A DNA stretch of 64,000 bases from UHGV virus genome UHGV-0240017; one strand, given 5' to 3'. Below are positions 9,155 through 18,602 of this stretch, in pieces. This DNA is from a virus. The notes beneath the pieces are model-generated. The model searched no databases. It saw only the letters and a program-made list of their open reading frames with translations, and was not told where the DNA came from. Every line of letters begins with the position of its first letter. Positions within the stretch are counted from its first letter, which is position 1. The position numbers and the translations under genes were made by a program.

Positions 9155-9676
9155 CTACGGGTTAAAAGGCAGCGGTTTGCAATCCCGCTTTTTCAACTCC
9201 TCTACTAGCTCAGGTAATGTACACCAACGTTTAAATTTGTTGTTGGCTTTAAAGTGACTAAGAATTTCCTCTACACGTTCAATCGACCACTTCCCTTTAC
9301 CCACGTTATCTAAATCTTTACGTAGCGAGAGCGTCTCAATGGTAAACGCTAATTCTGAACTGTCCGAGTGGTCGTAGAGCAGTCTTACCGGTGCGGGATG
9401 ATGTAGCGTAACGCGCCAACCTGACTCCTTAGTCCAGTAGACATCTTTAATTCGGCCACTGGCGTCAATTACGGAACTGATATAAGTCCAATCGGTATCC
9501 AATTTGTTCTTTTCGGCGGTTAATGCATCTTCTAATCGTAAAGAGTTAGGGGACGGAATCCACCAACCGTATTTACCGTAATAATCGTCTATTACGGTAA
9601 TACCTTCGTAATACAAATATTGTGTTTTTGTATTCACGAATATTTCATCGCAGATTAAAACCGCATTTATCTTCAT
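9155..9676 (-). CDS. hypothetical protein
   Basis: 173-aa ORF; no motif recognised. Confidence 0.55.
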   Translation of the reverse strand: MKINAVLICDEIFVNTKTQYLYYEGITVIDDYYGKYGWWIPSPNSLRLEDALTAEKNKLDTDWTYISSVIDASGRIKDVYWTKESGWRVTLHHPAPVRLLYDHSDSSELAFTIETLSLRKDLDNVGKGKWSIERVEEILSHFKANNKFKRWCTLPELVEELKKRDCKPLPFNP

Positions 9677-10164
9677 CGTAAACCCTTCCTGTAAAACAAG
9701 TCGTAAGTGGTCGAGCTAGACGGATCAATAGAACCTACCAATGGCATAATTTTCTTTTCTGATATTCCAGTTGCCCAAGCAGCCCGCGCAAATCCTCCAC
9801 CAGAACCCGTTGCCCAAACCGCATTTTTATTTATTACAAACGTTTTAAACTTATCTGCCACTAATGTCAGCCAATGTGTTTCTCTAGCCGTAAAAATGAC
9901 TATTTGATCGAATATTCGCTCTTTTTCGATAAGATCCGCAAGCAAGGGCTCAACCTTCTTACGTTTATCCTCGTCTAAATATTCTTCTATAGCAGCGGTA
10001 ATCGACATTTTCCAAAACTCGGTGTCCAGTACACGTTCGCCCGTGTAGAAAACAAACTTGTTTTTGTGTTTATGCAGTTTGGGCAATTCTTTAACCGTAC
10101 CAGCATAATCCACAAGTCGGTCAGCTAAAATGTAATCCTTTGTTACCAATACCGTTGTCATCAC
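9673..10164 (-). CDS. hypothetical protein
   Basis: 163-aa ORF; ATGA overlap with the downstream gene. Confidence 0.55.
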   Translation of the reverse strand: MMTTVLVTKDYILADRLVDYAGTVKELPKLHKHKNKFVFYTGERVLDTEFWKMSITAAIEEYLDEDKRKKVEPLLADLIEKERIFDQIVIFTARETHWLTLVADKFKTFVINKNAVWATGSGGGFARAAWATGISEKKIMPLVGSIDPSSSTTYDLFYRKGLR

Positions 10165-10169
10165 ACACC

Positions 10170-10212
10170 TCGAAGAAAAATAAAAGTACCCTCTCTCCTA
10201 ACGGAGAGAGGG
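10170..10212 (-). terminator. intrinsic terminator
   Basis: Perfect 10-bp stem ccctctctcc-taac-ggagagaggg followed on the minus strand by a U-rich run. Confidence 0.75.
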
Positions 10213-10219
10213 GCACTGC

Positions 10220-10489
10220 TTAAATTTTACGGCTGCTACCGTAGCAGCCACGACCGGCTGTCGTTTTCGCAGCACTGACAGGCGCTAACGCAGCCATCGT
10301 ACCATCGGCCTTAACAATGTGTAAGTTATTTACGCGAGTCAGACCTTTAAAGGTAATCTTCACACCCTTACGTAAACTCTTCACATCAAATCCGTCGAGT
10401 TTGAGTGTTTTAACTTTTTCAGGTTTACCTTCTTCGTAATAGGAAAGAACATTACCTGTACGTTTTTCAACAATATAAATCTTACCCAT
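10220..10489 (-). CDS. small basic hypothetical protein
   Basis: 89 aa; GGAG RBS about 11 nt upstream; degenerate copy of the conserved promoter-like motif upstream. Confidence 0.55.
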   Translation of the reverse strand: MGKIYIVEKRTGNVLSYYEEGKPEKVKTLKLDGFDVKSLRKGVKITFKGLTRVNNLHIVKADGTMAALAPVSAAKTTAGRGCYGSSRKI

Positions 10490-10521
10490 TTTAGATTACT
10501 CCATTTAGTTAAGTGAGAACT

Positions 10522-10547
10522 CTCACATAGATGAAATATATCTTAAA
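10522..10547 (-). promoter_or_regulatory. degenerate copy of the conserved promoter-like motif with palindrome GTGAGA-AC-TCTCAC
   Basis: ctcacatagatgaaatatatcttaaaa resembles the 27-nt motif at 15795, 42950 and 51206. Confidence 0.35.
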
Positions 10548-10559
10548 ATTTTTAAACCG

Positions 10560-10870
10560 TTAACTGAACAAAGCAATGTTAACCGACTTACCAGGTAGCG
10601 GGAAATGCTGTAGTTCTATTGACTGAAGTTTCCTGTCAATAGTCAGTATTTCATCAACGTTGGGCGTAAGACGGAATACGGCGCGCGGTAGCGTGAAAGG
10701 TACGTTCGTCGAGCAGTTGTTTAACAGTAACTGATCCTGAGAATAGTCAATTTCTACCACCCTCGCAATTACCCAACGTTCGTGAATCTCGCCACCCAGC
10801 GGTGCAGTTAGTGCCCGTTGCAAGCGCTGTGAATTCGTTTCATCGGTATTAGTGTGGTTTTGGTTCGACA
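10560..10870 (-). CDS. hypothetical protein
   Basis: ORF track 10560..11039; start moved to internal ATG at 10870 to limit overlap with the better-looking 10849..11166 ORF. Confidence 0.4.
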
Positions 10871-11166
10871 TAAGTTTCCCCAAACACGTACGCAGATTCT
10901 GTTTCAAGCGTCGGTTTAGCGACACGCCACTTCCATGCACCGGTTTCAGGATCTTGCCAGGACAACAAAAGAGAACCCTCACAAATTTCAGAGGTATCGA
11001 CCTCAGGGTGGAACAACATGAATTCGTTTTCGTTGTCATCCACTACGACGAATTGACCTTCTTCTACCCTTTCGAACTTAGCAACACCTACTACAGTTGC
11101 CGGTTCCCCAACGGTAAACACCATTTCTTGTTTTGGTAAATCACGGTGAATCGCACTTAACCACAT
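10849..11166 (-). CDS. hypothetical acidic protein
   Basis: 105-aa ORF with balanced composition. Confidence 0.5.
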   Translation of the reverse strand: MWLSAIHRDLPKQEMVFTVGEPATVVGVAKFERVEEGQFVVVDDNENEFMLFHPEVDTSEICEGSLLLSWQDPETGAWKWRVAKPTLETESAYVFGETYVEPKPH

Positions 11167-11217
11167 TTAAGCTGTTCCTCAATTAATTTGTTTACGTGTG
11201 CATAATTAGACGCGGAA

Positions 11218-11260
11218 GCGTAAAAATAAATTCTCCCTCCCTCCAAACGGAGAGAGGGAA
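11218..11260 (-). terminator. intrinsic terminator
   Basis: Stem ctccctccctcc-aaac-ggagagagggaag (one wobble pair) flanked by an A/T run; same family as the 10170 terminator. Confidence 0.7.
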
Positions 11261-11263
11261 GGT

Positions 11264-11770
11264 TTACAGTACGTTTTCTTCGCGATCGTCTACTAACACA
11301 GAAGTAATCACATAACGCGCTAAGCGATTACGTGCTTCTTCCGTTTCTTCTTCAGAAGGTAGCTGTTCGCCCGCAGGCGCACACAACGTTAGCCCAGACT
11401 CACGAAGCTGTTCGGCATAGTCTTCTACGGCTGTGTCGAACGTACCACGAATACCTGCTACCGCATCCATAATTTCGTCGTTCGGAATAATGGATTCTTT
11501 TAGCACAGCGTGAGCATCTGTAGGCTCCACCATTTGCAGGTTCTGTTCTACCAGCAACGCCTGTTTCGCTAAGCTGTCGGTGATAAAGCAAGACAGAATC
11601 TTTTCGAAATCGTCTAACGAGAATTCGGTGTCTTCAGATGCCCCGGTAATCAATTGCCCGTAGCGATTAAAGAATTCTTTACAACGTGTTTCGTAGTCAG
11701 CTTCTAAGTCGCGAACACCGAGATCAAAATCGTGCTGCTCCAGCTGATTAAAATCCAGAGTCTCTTTCAT
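11264..11770 (-). CDS. highly acidic hypothetical protein
   Basis: 168 aa, very Asp/Glu-rich throughout. Confidence 0.55.
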   Translation of the reverse strand: MKETLDFNQLEQHDFDLGVRDLEADYETRCKEFFNRYGQLITGASEDTEFSLDDFEKILSCFITDSLAKQALLVEQNLQMVEPTDAHAVLKESIIPNDEIMDAVAGIRGTFDTAVEDYAEQLRESGLTLCAPAGEQLPSEEETEEARNRLARYVITSVLVDDREENVL

Positions 11771-11808
11771 CTCTAAGTCTCCAGTTAAGAGGTCATATTA
11801 CCTGCTGG

Positions 11809-12036
11809 CTAGAGTACCAACGTTAACCCGGTATGGGTTTGTGCTGAACCAACGCCATCACGCGCTTTTGCTTTGGCGATAAGTTTGTCAATTACACGTT
11901 GATGACTGCGAGTAATATCTTTACCTGGATAACCGATAATCAGCACGTTCTCAGCATTAATAACCGCCGAGAACTCGTTATCACCTGCAACATAAGCAAT
12001 CTTTTTGTCTTTGGTTACAATACGTTTGATTTCCAT
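11809..12036 (-). CDS. hypothetical protein
   Basis: 75-aa ORF. Confidence 0.5.
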   Translation of the reverse strand: MEIKRIVTKDKKIAYVAGDNEFSAVINAENVLIIGYPGKDITRSHQRVIDKLIAKAKARDGVGSAQTHTGLTLVL

Positions 12037-12045
12037 TCAATGTCC

Positions 12046-12819
12046 TTAAAAGATAAAATGACCAGTTAATGCTTCTGCTTCAACACCAGGCATCGATGGA
12101 GGTGCTGAATATGGAAAAGTAAGACGCACGGTTGCGCCCTTTAAATACGCAATACGGTAGTACGTGGTCAAGAGCGCATTCCCGTAAGTACAATCGTTAT
12201 AGAAGAAACCTTCGGTGGCAAACGTCTTTTCGTTGATTTTCGAATAGACTAAGATACCTTCAACTTTACCATCTTTACGGCAGCACAAACCTTCTGCTGC
12301 ACCAATCGCTAACAATTCCAGGCAGCGCGTATCCAAACTGACATTAACCACCTTAGTGATCGTAAACGTTTCTTCTAACGTTAGAGATTCAATATCATCT
12401 ACATCAGGCAAATCGGTGCGAACTTCAGGTTTTTCAGTAAACGTCAGCTCATAATCGATGAACGACGGCTGCATACGCAAGAACGCCATTAACTGATCGC
12501 GACGTTTTAGGTCATTGGCAGGGTATGTGACATCAAACACCTCTACATTTAACAAACGTTTGAGTTGTGCGAAATTAATTTTCTTCTTCGCAAACACAAC
12601 GATTGCCGACATGTAGAAAATCTTACCATCGGCGCGACCGGAGAAGACACATTGCAGCTGATTCGTGTTCGAAAGAATGATAAAGGTCGGATCTTCAGAT
12701 TCGCGAATGATGTCTTTTTCTATCAACCCTTTTCGTAGACGGGTTAGCGAAACTATTCTACCACCCACACCAATTGCTAAATGGTCATTACGATAATCGT
12801 CAATATCCACTATACGCAT
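12046..12819 (-). CDS. hypothetical protein
   Basis: 257-aa ORF. Confidence 0.55.
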   Translation of the reverse strand: MRIVDIDDYRNDHLAIGVGGRIVSLTRLRKGLIEKDIIRESEDPTFIILSNTNQLQCVFSGRADGKIFYMSAIVVFAKKKINFAQLKRLLNVEVFDVTYPANDLKRRDQLMAFLRMQPSFIDYELTFTEKPEVRTDLPDVDDIESLTLEETFTITKVVNVSLDTRCLELLAIGAAEGLCCRKDGKVEGILVYSKINEKTFATEGFFYNDCTYGNALLTTYYRIAYLKGATVRLTFPYSAPPSMPGVEAEALTGHFIF

Positions 12820-13634
12820 TAGAGCACTCCCAGTAATTCAGTCACCGTTTTCCGAGTAGCGCCAGACGCACCCATATAGCGACCAACCTCAATACTGCGC
12901 CACTCAAAACCGTAATAAATTTCTCGGGTGAGTAGGGTGTCTGCATTTGACAACACAACACTGTTGCCACGTTCCACCTGTTGCTGTAGTAACTTGGCTA
13001 ATTCACGATGATCCGTTTGTGAGAATTCTTTACGGTGGTATTGCGCGTGTTTCGCGGTATCCGATAACGGAATATAAGGAGGATCAGCATAAATCACAGC
13101 ATCTTCAGGTGTCCGTGCTAATACAGAGCGAAAGTCCTCACAAACAATTTCCAGATACTCAACTTCTGCACAACGTTTAGCCCAATCCCGAATTTCTTCT
13201 AATGGATAATAAACCCCATTCGGGTAACGTCCAAACGGAACATTGAACCCACCGCTACTGTTATAGCGACACATACCGTTATAACCGTGACGCATTAAGT
13301 ATAAAAACATCGCAGCACGCTCAACTTCTGACATCGATTTACCGCTATTAAACAGCTCACGACGCTCCATATACTTTACAGTAGTATTACCGTCTAAGAA
13401 CAACGGTTGCGACGCAGCGATCAGTTCTTCAGGCTGTTCACGCGCAACACAAAGTAAGCGTATCAAATCGGGGTTAGAATCCGATAGAATATACCGGCTG
13501 TAATTCGTATTTAGGAAAACAGACCCTGCGCCCACAAACGGTTCTACAAAGGTTGTACGTTTAGGTAAGACCTTTTGTAATTCACCCAAAACGCGCGTTT
13601 TCCCACCCATCCATTTAATTATCGGTTTCCGCAT
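12819..13634 (-). CDS. dam: DNA adenine (N6) methyltransferase, Dam family
   Basis: MRKPIIKWMGGKTRVLGEL...FVEPFVGAGSVFLNT (SAM-binding motif) and DPPY catalytic motif; colinear with E. coli Dam as I recall it. Confidence 0.9.
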   Translation of the reverse strand: MRKPIIKWMGGKTRVLGELQKVLPKRTTFVEPFVGAGSVFLNTNYSRYILSDSNPDLIRLLCVAREQPEELIAASQPLFLDGNTTVKYMERRELFNSGKSMSEVERAAMFLYLMRHGYNGMCRYNSSGGFNVPFGRYPNGVYYPLEEIRDWAKRCAEVEYLEIVCEDFRSVLARTPEDAVIYADPPYIPLSDTAKHAQYHRKEFSQTDHRELAKLLQQQVERGNSVVLSNADTLLTREIYYGFEWRSIEVGRYMGASGATRKTVTELLGVL

Positions 13635-14613
13635 TATATCCGCCTTGTAACGATGATACTTCGTCGCCTAACACCAGCTCGACACGATTTTTCCGACGCT
13701 CCCAACTGACGACGTCATCGTCGCGCACTAAAACAAATTCGTACTCGTAGGACCGAAATTTAAATAATTCGACGACCAGGTGTCTAAATGCAGGGTTGTT
13801 ATTGAAACACCCTATCTCCAATGGTGCCGCTGTTGTCGATGCAATCTGCAGAGCACGGTATAACAAAGTCCGTCCGATACCACGCCCCCGGTGTGTTTCA
13901 CTTACCGCAATGGCTTTTAATTCACACTCGTTAAGATTACGCAATTTAACTTGCACCACGCCCACAACATCGTTGCCGTCCATCCAAACGTAGGTGTGGT
14001 GGTTGACGTGACGTACTAACTCCACCAACGTTTCGACTTGTGGCATGATTTGTCGTGTGCGACCTACAGGGTCACCGTTGATGTTTTCAACGACACTCGT
14101 GCCTAAAAGCAACATAAGCTGTTCACGTTGTGCAGCGGTTAACTCTTTATAAAAATCGCCGGAGATATTCTTCACGTTTGTTGGTAGAGCGATATCCAAT
14201 AACGAGCGTGTACCTAAACGATACGTAGTGTGGGTGTGTCTAAATCCTAAGTCATTAAGCTCAGAGATTTCTTCTACACCACTGGCGATTCGATTAAGAT
14301 ACGTAAAACCGGTGTAGTCGAGTACCAGTAGTAGGTTCAGTTTGTTCAAACAACCTGGTACAATTTCATGCATAAACAAGCAGTGTAACGTTGGATCGCC
14401 GTAAATGTGTTTTGTGATGATAAACCCTTGAATTGTTTTTCCTTTTTGTAAAGAGAACGTATTCAGCTCACTATTGCACAACGCCTCACGAATCACAGCA
14501 CCGTTAGGACCCGATAAACATGTCTGTAGCTGAGGGTTGCGAATATCTCTACGTGCTAACCGACCTACTGTTAAATCCGTGGCGGTACGTTCTATAGTCT
14601 TCCTAAAAGCCAT
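13615..14613 (-). CDS. protein with C-terminal GNAT acetyltransferase domain
   Basis: 332 aa; acetyl-CoA-binding motif IAVSETHRGRGIGRTLLYRAL in the C-terminal third. Confidence 0.55.
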   Translation of the reverse strand: MAFRKTIERTATDLTVGRLARRDIRNPQLQTCLSGPNGAVIREALCNSELNTFSLQKGKTIQGFIITKHIYGDPTLHCLFMHEIVPGCLNKLNLLLVLDYTGFTYLNRIASGVEEISELNDLGFRHTHTTYRLGTRSLLDIALPTNVKNISGDFYKELTAAQREQLMLLLGTSVVENINGDPVGRTRQIMPQVETLVELVRHVNHHTYVWMDGNDVVGVVQVKLRNLNECELKAIAVSETHRGRGIGRTLLYRALQIASTTAAPLEIGCFNNNPAFRHLVVELFKFRSYEYEFVLVRDDDVVSWERRKNRVELVLGDEVSSLQGGYNAETDN

Positions 14614-14659
14614 GTTAATTACTCCTTAAAAGGTCGTCTCAAAACAATACGCTAAAGCT

Positions 14660-14695
14660 GTAAAAACAAAAAAGAAAGGGGAACCGAAGTTCCCC
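14660..14695 (-). terminator. intrinsic terminator (UUCG loop)
   Basis: ggggaac-cgaa-gttcccc, read on the minus strand as GGGGAAC-UUCG-GUUCCCC followed by a U-run. Confidence 0.7.
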
Positions 14696-14707
14696 AATTA
14701 TTAAACA

Positions 14708-15364
14708 TCATGCAAAAGGGGCAGAACTTGTGAAAGCATTATTGGGAGGTAGGCCAGGTTTCCCCAGCTTTTCATGCAGATAATTGAAAAATCTACGATG
14801 GGCTTCGTAGTGACCAGCCGCTACTCGTTGTCCGTAAACCTCTACCAAGTCAGGCGAAAACTTAACATGGCTGTTTTGGCCAGAGAACGAAGGTTGTTGT
14901 GCCCCATCATTAATTAAGATGGGGTACTTTTTACCATCGTCTGTTACGGCATAGAGTATATTTGTATTAAAGTGGAAATAGATAGAAGGGTTAAAGCATA
15001 ACCAGGTGGCGGCATTGATTAGTAAGTCAGCTAACTTAACAGCGATTTTGTCAAGTTCAGGCCCTTCAAACTTATGCACTAAGCGCAGGAAGATTTCAGT
15101 AATAACGGTGCCTGTAAGTAACTTGTCTCTATTAAGACCAGGCGCAACTGCCAGAACATCGCCATTATAGGTGCAGACAAGTGTGAACATGTTGAAAGGT
15201 TGGTAATGATAAATATCGAAAACCAGGTCAGTATACGGGCTATAAGTTAAGAACTTCACCCCGAGTATTTCATTAACACAGGGTAAAAGTTCAATCTTCA
15301 CAGCCGGTTGAACTTCGTTGGTTTTAGTCTCATTCTTTACAGTTTCTTTAGTTTTCGGTGCCAT
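14708..15364 (-). CDS. hypothetical protein
   Basis: 218-aa ORF. Confidence 0.55.
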   Translation of the reverse strand: MAPKTKETVKNETKTNEVQPAVKIELLPCVNEILGVKFLTYSPYTDLVFDIYHYQPFNMFTLVCTYNGDVLAVAPGLNRDKLLTGTVITEIFLRLVHKFEGPELDKIAVKLADLLINAATWLCFNPSIYFHFNTNILYAVTDDGKKYPILINDGAQQPSFSGQNSHVKFSPDLVEVYGQRVAAGHYEAHRRFFNYLHEKLGKPGLPPNNAFTSSAPFA

Positions 15365-15385
15365 GATAATACTCCTTCAGGTTGA

Positions 15386-15745
15386 TTAGTGTGTTGCAGT
15401 GTTAGTGATAAAACGCACATTCTTCTTGGTACGTTTAATGGACGTGTTTGCAACGTAGTCCAATGCGGACTCTACGTGAACGGTTACTGAGCAACGACCC
15501 TTAACGGAATTAAAACTAATCTGATATTTCAGACGAATCGCATCAGCAACTTTCATCATAATCGGCAAGCTTAAACGTTCTACGCGTTCGTTCTTAATAG
15601 ATGAGATAACGGGTTGTGAAACTTTCGCAAGCTGGGCAAGCTCACGCTGGGTAATGTCTTTCGTGGTCAAATGACAAACTACGTAAGACAAATGAAGGCC
15701 AAATTTACGTTTTGCCAGAACGATGGAATTGTGATTGTAAGCCAC
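15386..15745 (-). CDS. helix-turn-helix DNA-binding protein (putative transcriptional regulator)
   Basis: HTH signature ITQRELAQLAKVSQPVISSIKN; GTG start with AAAGGAG RBS 8 nt upstream; conserved promoter-like motif ~50 nt upstream. Confidence 0.55.
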   Translation of the reverse strand: MAYNHNSIVLAKRKFGLHLSYVVCHLTTKDITQRELAQLAKVSQPVISSIKNERVERLSLPIMMKVADAIRLKYQISFNSVKGRCSVTVHVESALDYVANTSIKRTKKNVRFITNTATH

Positions 15746-15794
15746 GGTAATACTCCTTTAGGTTAACAAGTCGGTGTAAAGAGTTAATTGTAAC

Positions 15795-15820
15795 TCTCAC
15801 CTAAGTAATATATATCTGAG
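15795..15820 (-). promoter_or_regulatory. conserved promoter-like motif (coding strand TCAGATATATATTACTTAGGTGAGAG) plus downstream hairpin
   Basis: One of three near-identical copies; about 50 nt upstream of the start codon; followed by inverted repeat gagttaattgtaactc. Confidence 0.55.
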
Positions 15821-15858
15821 AAAAAATAAAATATAGGTACCACCGTTGGGTGGTACCT
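15818..15858 (-). terminator. intrinsic terminator
   Basis: aggtaccaccgttgggtggtacct stem followed on the minus strand by a U-run. Confidence 0.7.
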
Positions 15859-15864
15859 AAGCGG

Positions 15865-16488
15865 TTAGTTTGCTAAAATGTGCGTAACAATCTCTGCGGC
15901 TTTCAAACGGTAATCGTCATTCTGCGTTACCGGTAATAACGTGTGAAGACAACCGCCTTCTGTTAAGATGTGGTGTGCGAAACGATAATGGTCGCGTAAG
16001 CCATCCCAACATTGGTTGTCTTTTAGATACTTAACAGTAAGTACCTCGTCATCCCAATTCTTACCTTGTTCTTCTACGCGTTTCTTAAATCGCGCTAACG
16101 CTGTTGGGTAATCAACATCTGTCCAAACATAAAGGTCAGGAGTGTGGAAATGACGTGTTAGCTTACGTTGGAAAACCACGTCCTTACCATCTGTCCCCTG
16201 ATAAACGATCGTTGAAGGACAGAAGCGATCGAAAATAACGACATCGTACTCGTCAACAACATGGTCTAACGTGTGAAGGAAATCATCACACATTGCTTCA
16301 GCAATTTTTGTTTTCGAAGCAGACTGTACAACCAAGCTACGTGCACGAATGCCTGCCTCGGTTTCAGATGTCGGATGGTTCCGAACGCAAACTTTTAATC
16401 CTGCGGATTCCAACATCGCTTTTACCATTTTACACAACGTCGATTTTCCAGAAAAATCAGGACCATCAATAGACACTGTCTTAAGCAT
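15865..16488 (-). CDS. tmk: thymidylate kinase-like dNMP kinase
   Basis: P-loop GPDFSGKST plus downstream DRF...S..VYQG signature matching the Tmk DRY..S..AYQG motif. Confidence 0.65.
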   Translation of the reverse strand: MLKTVSIDGPDFSGKSTLCKMVKAMLESAGLKVCVRNHPTSETEAGIRARSLVVQSASKTKIAEAMCDDFLHTLDHVVDEYDVVIFDRFCPSTIVYQGTDGKDVVFQRKLTRHFHTPDLYVWTDVDYPTALARFKKRVEEQGKNWDDEVLTVKYLKDNQCWDGLRDHYRFAHHILTEGGCLHTLLPVTQNDDYRLKAAEIVTHILAN

Positions 16489-16559
16489 TATTGTTTTACC
16501 TTTTTACGCACGTTAAGTGAAACTTCTCACAATGAGGGTAACAGTTGTAATAATTTACA

Positions 16560-16596
16560 ATAAAAAAGAAACCCGCCCCTACCGTTAAGTAGGGGT
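16560..16596 (-). terminator. intrinsic terminator
   Basis: cccctac-cgttaa-gtagggg hairpin with flanking A/T runs. Confidence 0.65.
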
Positions 16597-16602
16597 AAGG
16601 TT

Positions 16603-17208
16603 TTATTGGTGATCAACAATCGGATCACTCCACACTTCTGACGTTTCCGGCATAGCGAGATTAGCAGCCTGTGCAGACGGAACGCACAGCAAGACTAACC
16701 CTTGTTTAGCAAGATAATGTTGCATTCTTGCAGCCTGCACAGCGGTGTCCACAATAACGAGCTCAGCGCCACGTAGAAGCGTTAGAGCCGCTTGTCCCTC
16801 CTGTGGCGTGGTTAAAGCATCACTGTCGTCCAGAATGCGTTTAAGGCGGTTATACGCCAGTCCGGTTACATTACTTCGACCTGCACGAAGATCGACAACC
16901 ATATCGTTGTATTCCCCCACCACTTGTTGCGTCGAGTTTGGATAAAATCGAAACGCAGCACGGCGACGTTTACGTCGCACCTCAGAAATCGCACGTTGTA
17001 AAACCAGCAAAACGTATTTCGGAGCCGCTTCGCTATTCGGTCGACGCATCTTGGCTAAACGTGCAGCTAAATCCAAAATTTTCGTTAAGGGATAGCGATG
17101 TTTAAACCCGTCGCGTTCGATAGTAACGCCACGCTTAGGCAACTTGCCTGTTTTGTTGATATACGATACTGTAATCAATAGTAATGAATCGAGAATCATC
17201 TCTGACAT
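16603..17208 (-). CDS. hypothetical protein
   Basis: 201-aa ORF. Confidence 0.5.
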   Translation of the reverse strand: MSEMILDSLLLITVSYINKTGKLPKRGVTIERDGFKHRYPLTKILDLAARLAKMRRPNSEAAPKYVLLVLQRAISEVRRKRRRAAFRFYPNSTQQVVGEYNDMVVDLRAGRSNVTGLAYNRLKRILDDSDALTTPQEGQAALTLLRGAELVIVDTAVQAARMQHYLAKQGLVLLCVPSAQAANLAMPETSEVWSDPIVDHQ

Positions 17209-17222
17209 TACAAGGCCCTCTC

Positions 17223-17594
17223 TTAGAACCCCTCAAGAACAGCTTTCACAAATTCGTAAACCGTGCGTCGGTGTTCTTCAAGCGGATAAACAAACTTAGA
17301 ATAATCGTTGTTCCAGACAACCGGATAGAGGTCGCCGTCACAACTTAAATAGCTCTTACGAACCATGTAATAATCTAAACCTACACGGAAGTTTAACGAC
17401 AGACTACCGTGTTTACTACAAACGTGTAGCTGGAGCGATTTCACACCGTCGTGGGTTGGTGATTCAATCGTTTCCGCATACAATACATCCGAACACTGTT
17501 CTATAGCGCTAACGACATCTCTGAGGTTGTTGTCTGCATCGATGGTCGCTTTTCGGAGAGCGTCGGTGTATTGCTGAAGTTCTCGATAGAACAT
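17223..17594 (-). CDS. hypothetical protein
   Basis: 123-aa ORF; GGAG RBS upstream of the ATG at 17594; overlaps the 3' end of the upstream ORF by 94 nt. Confidence 0.5.
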   Translation of the reverse strand: MFYRELQQYTDALRKATIDADNNLRDVVSAIEQCSDVLYAETIESPTHDGVKSLQLHVCSKHGSLSLNFRVGLDYYMVRKSYLSCDGDLYPVVWNNDYSKFVYPLEEHRRTVYEFVKAVLEGF

Positions 17595-18133
17595 CCTGCT
17601 AATCTCCTGTCTCTACCGTAAGGTAGGGGAAATGCTTTGTGTTCATATTCTGCAACGACATACGCAGGATAGAACAAAAGGTATTTATAGAACGTAGACA
17701 ACGTAACGTTTTTCTGGGTGGCTAAAAAGTAATTAAGATCGGGGTTGTCTGGAAAAGCAAAATGCAATCCTGTGTATACCTGACCTTTATACTCCCCATT
17801 AAAGGGTGTGACTGCACATCGTGGGTGTGTCGGCTCGACGTGTAACCAACGACTTCTTACGTGATAAACGCCACGGACTGTCGCGTTTCGTGTTTTACCC
17901 AAATAACGGCAACGGATATTCTTTTCCCACGCCGCACGTTGAGTGGGTGAACCCAGAGAAACAAACCGCGTTAAAGCTTCAGGTGTAAAGTAATCAAAAA
18001 TGCCGGTCGGTAAACACCAACACGCTTTATCGATTCGTACCACTCTCCAACCAGGACGAAAACCCACAGCGTAACGCTCTACACCAAAAGTATATCTAGA
18101 CCCGTCATGAAACGGTACTAATCTTGCAGCCAT
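17501..18133 (-). CDS. hypothetical protein
   Basis: 210-aa ORF; the last ~30 codons overlap the next gene. Confidence 0.5.
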   Translation of the reverse strand: MAARLVPFHDGSRYTFGVERYAVGFRPGWRVVRIDKACWCLPTGIFDYFTPEALTRFVSLGSPTQRAAWEKNIRCRYLGKTRNATVRGVYHVRSRWLHVEPTHPRCAVTPFNGEYKGQVYTGLHFAFPDNPDLNYFLATQKNVTLSTFYKYLLFYPAYVVAEYEHKAFPLPYGRDRRLAGCSIENFSNTPTLSEKRPSMQTTTSEMSLAL

Positions 18134-18134
18134 T

Positions 18135-18602
18135 TTAGATTTCCTTTATCATTTCCCTGCATTCGGTACGGAATCCCATCTTCTCATACAAGGAGATAGC
18201 TTTAACGTTGTTGTCTAACACATCCAGACTCATCCAACCACAGCCTTTGGACTTTCCGTATTCACGGACTTTGTCCATAAGCGCACGGCCTACCCCTTGA
18301 GAGCGTGCTTCAGGAACCACATAGTAATTCCCGATGTAAACAAACGTGTCCTTTGAGCAAGAACCCATTGAGAACGTCATAAATCCCAGAAGCTGTTCGT
18401 TGTCGTCCACCGCACACGCACAGAGATAATCTTGAGGCCAAATCTCTTCTAAACGTTCGATGGGGTTGAACGTGTCACGTCCGGTTAACTGACTAATACG
18501 CACTTTCTCTTCTGCGAACAGCATGTTGTGCAGTTTGAGTACCTGGTCGCCGTATAACTTTCCGTATTTACTGTCGGGTTTGAGAATAATAGTAATACGC
18601 AT
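18135..18602 (-). CDS. GNAT family N-acetyltransferase
   Basis: 155 aa; acetyl-CoA-binding motif VVPEARSQGVGRALMDKV and typical GNAT length. Confidence 0.75.
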   Translation of the reverse strand: MRITIILKPDSKYGKLYGDQVLKLHNMLFAEEKVRISQLTGRDTFNPIERLEEIWPQDYLCACAVDDNEQLLGFMTFSMGSCSKDTFVYIGNYYVVPEARSQGVGRALMDKVREYGKSKGCGWMSLDVLDNNVKAISLYEKMGFRTECREMIKEI

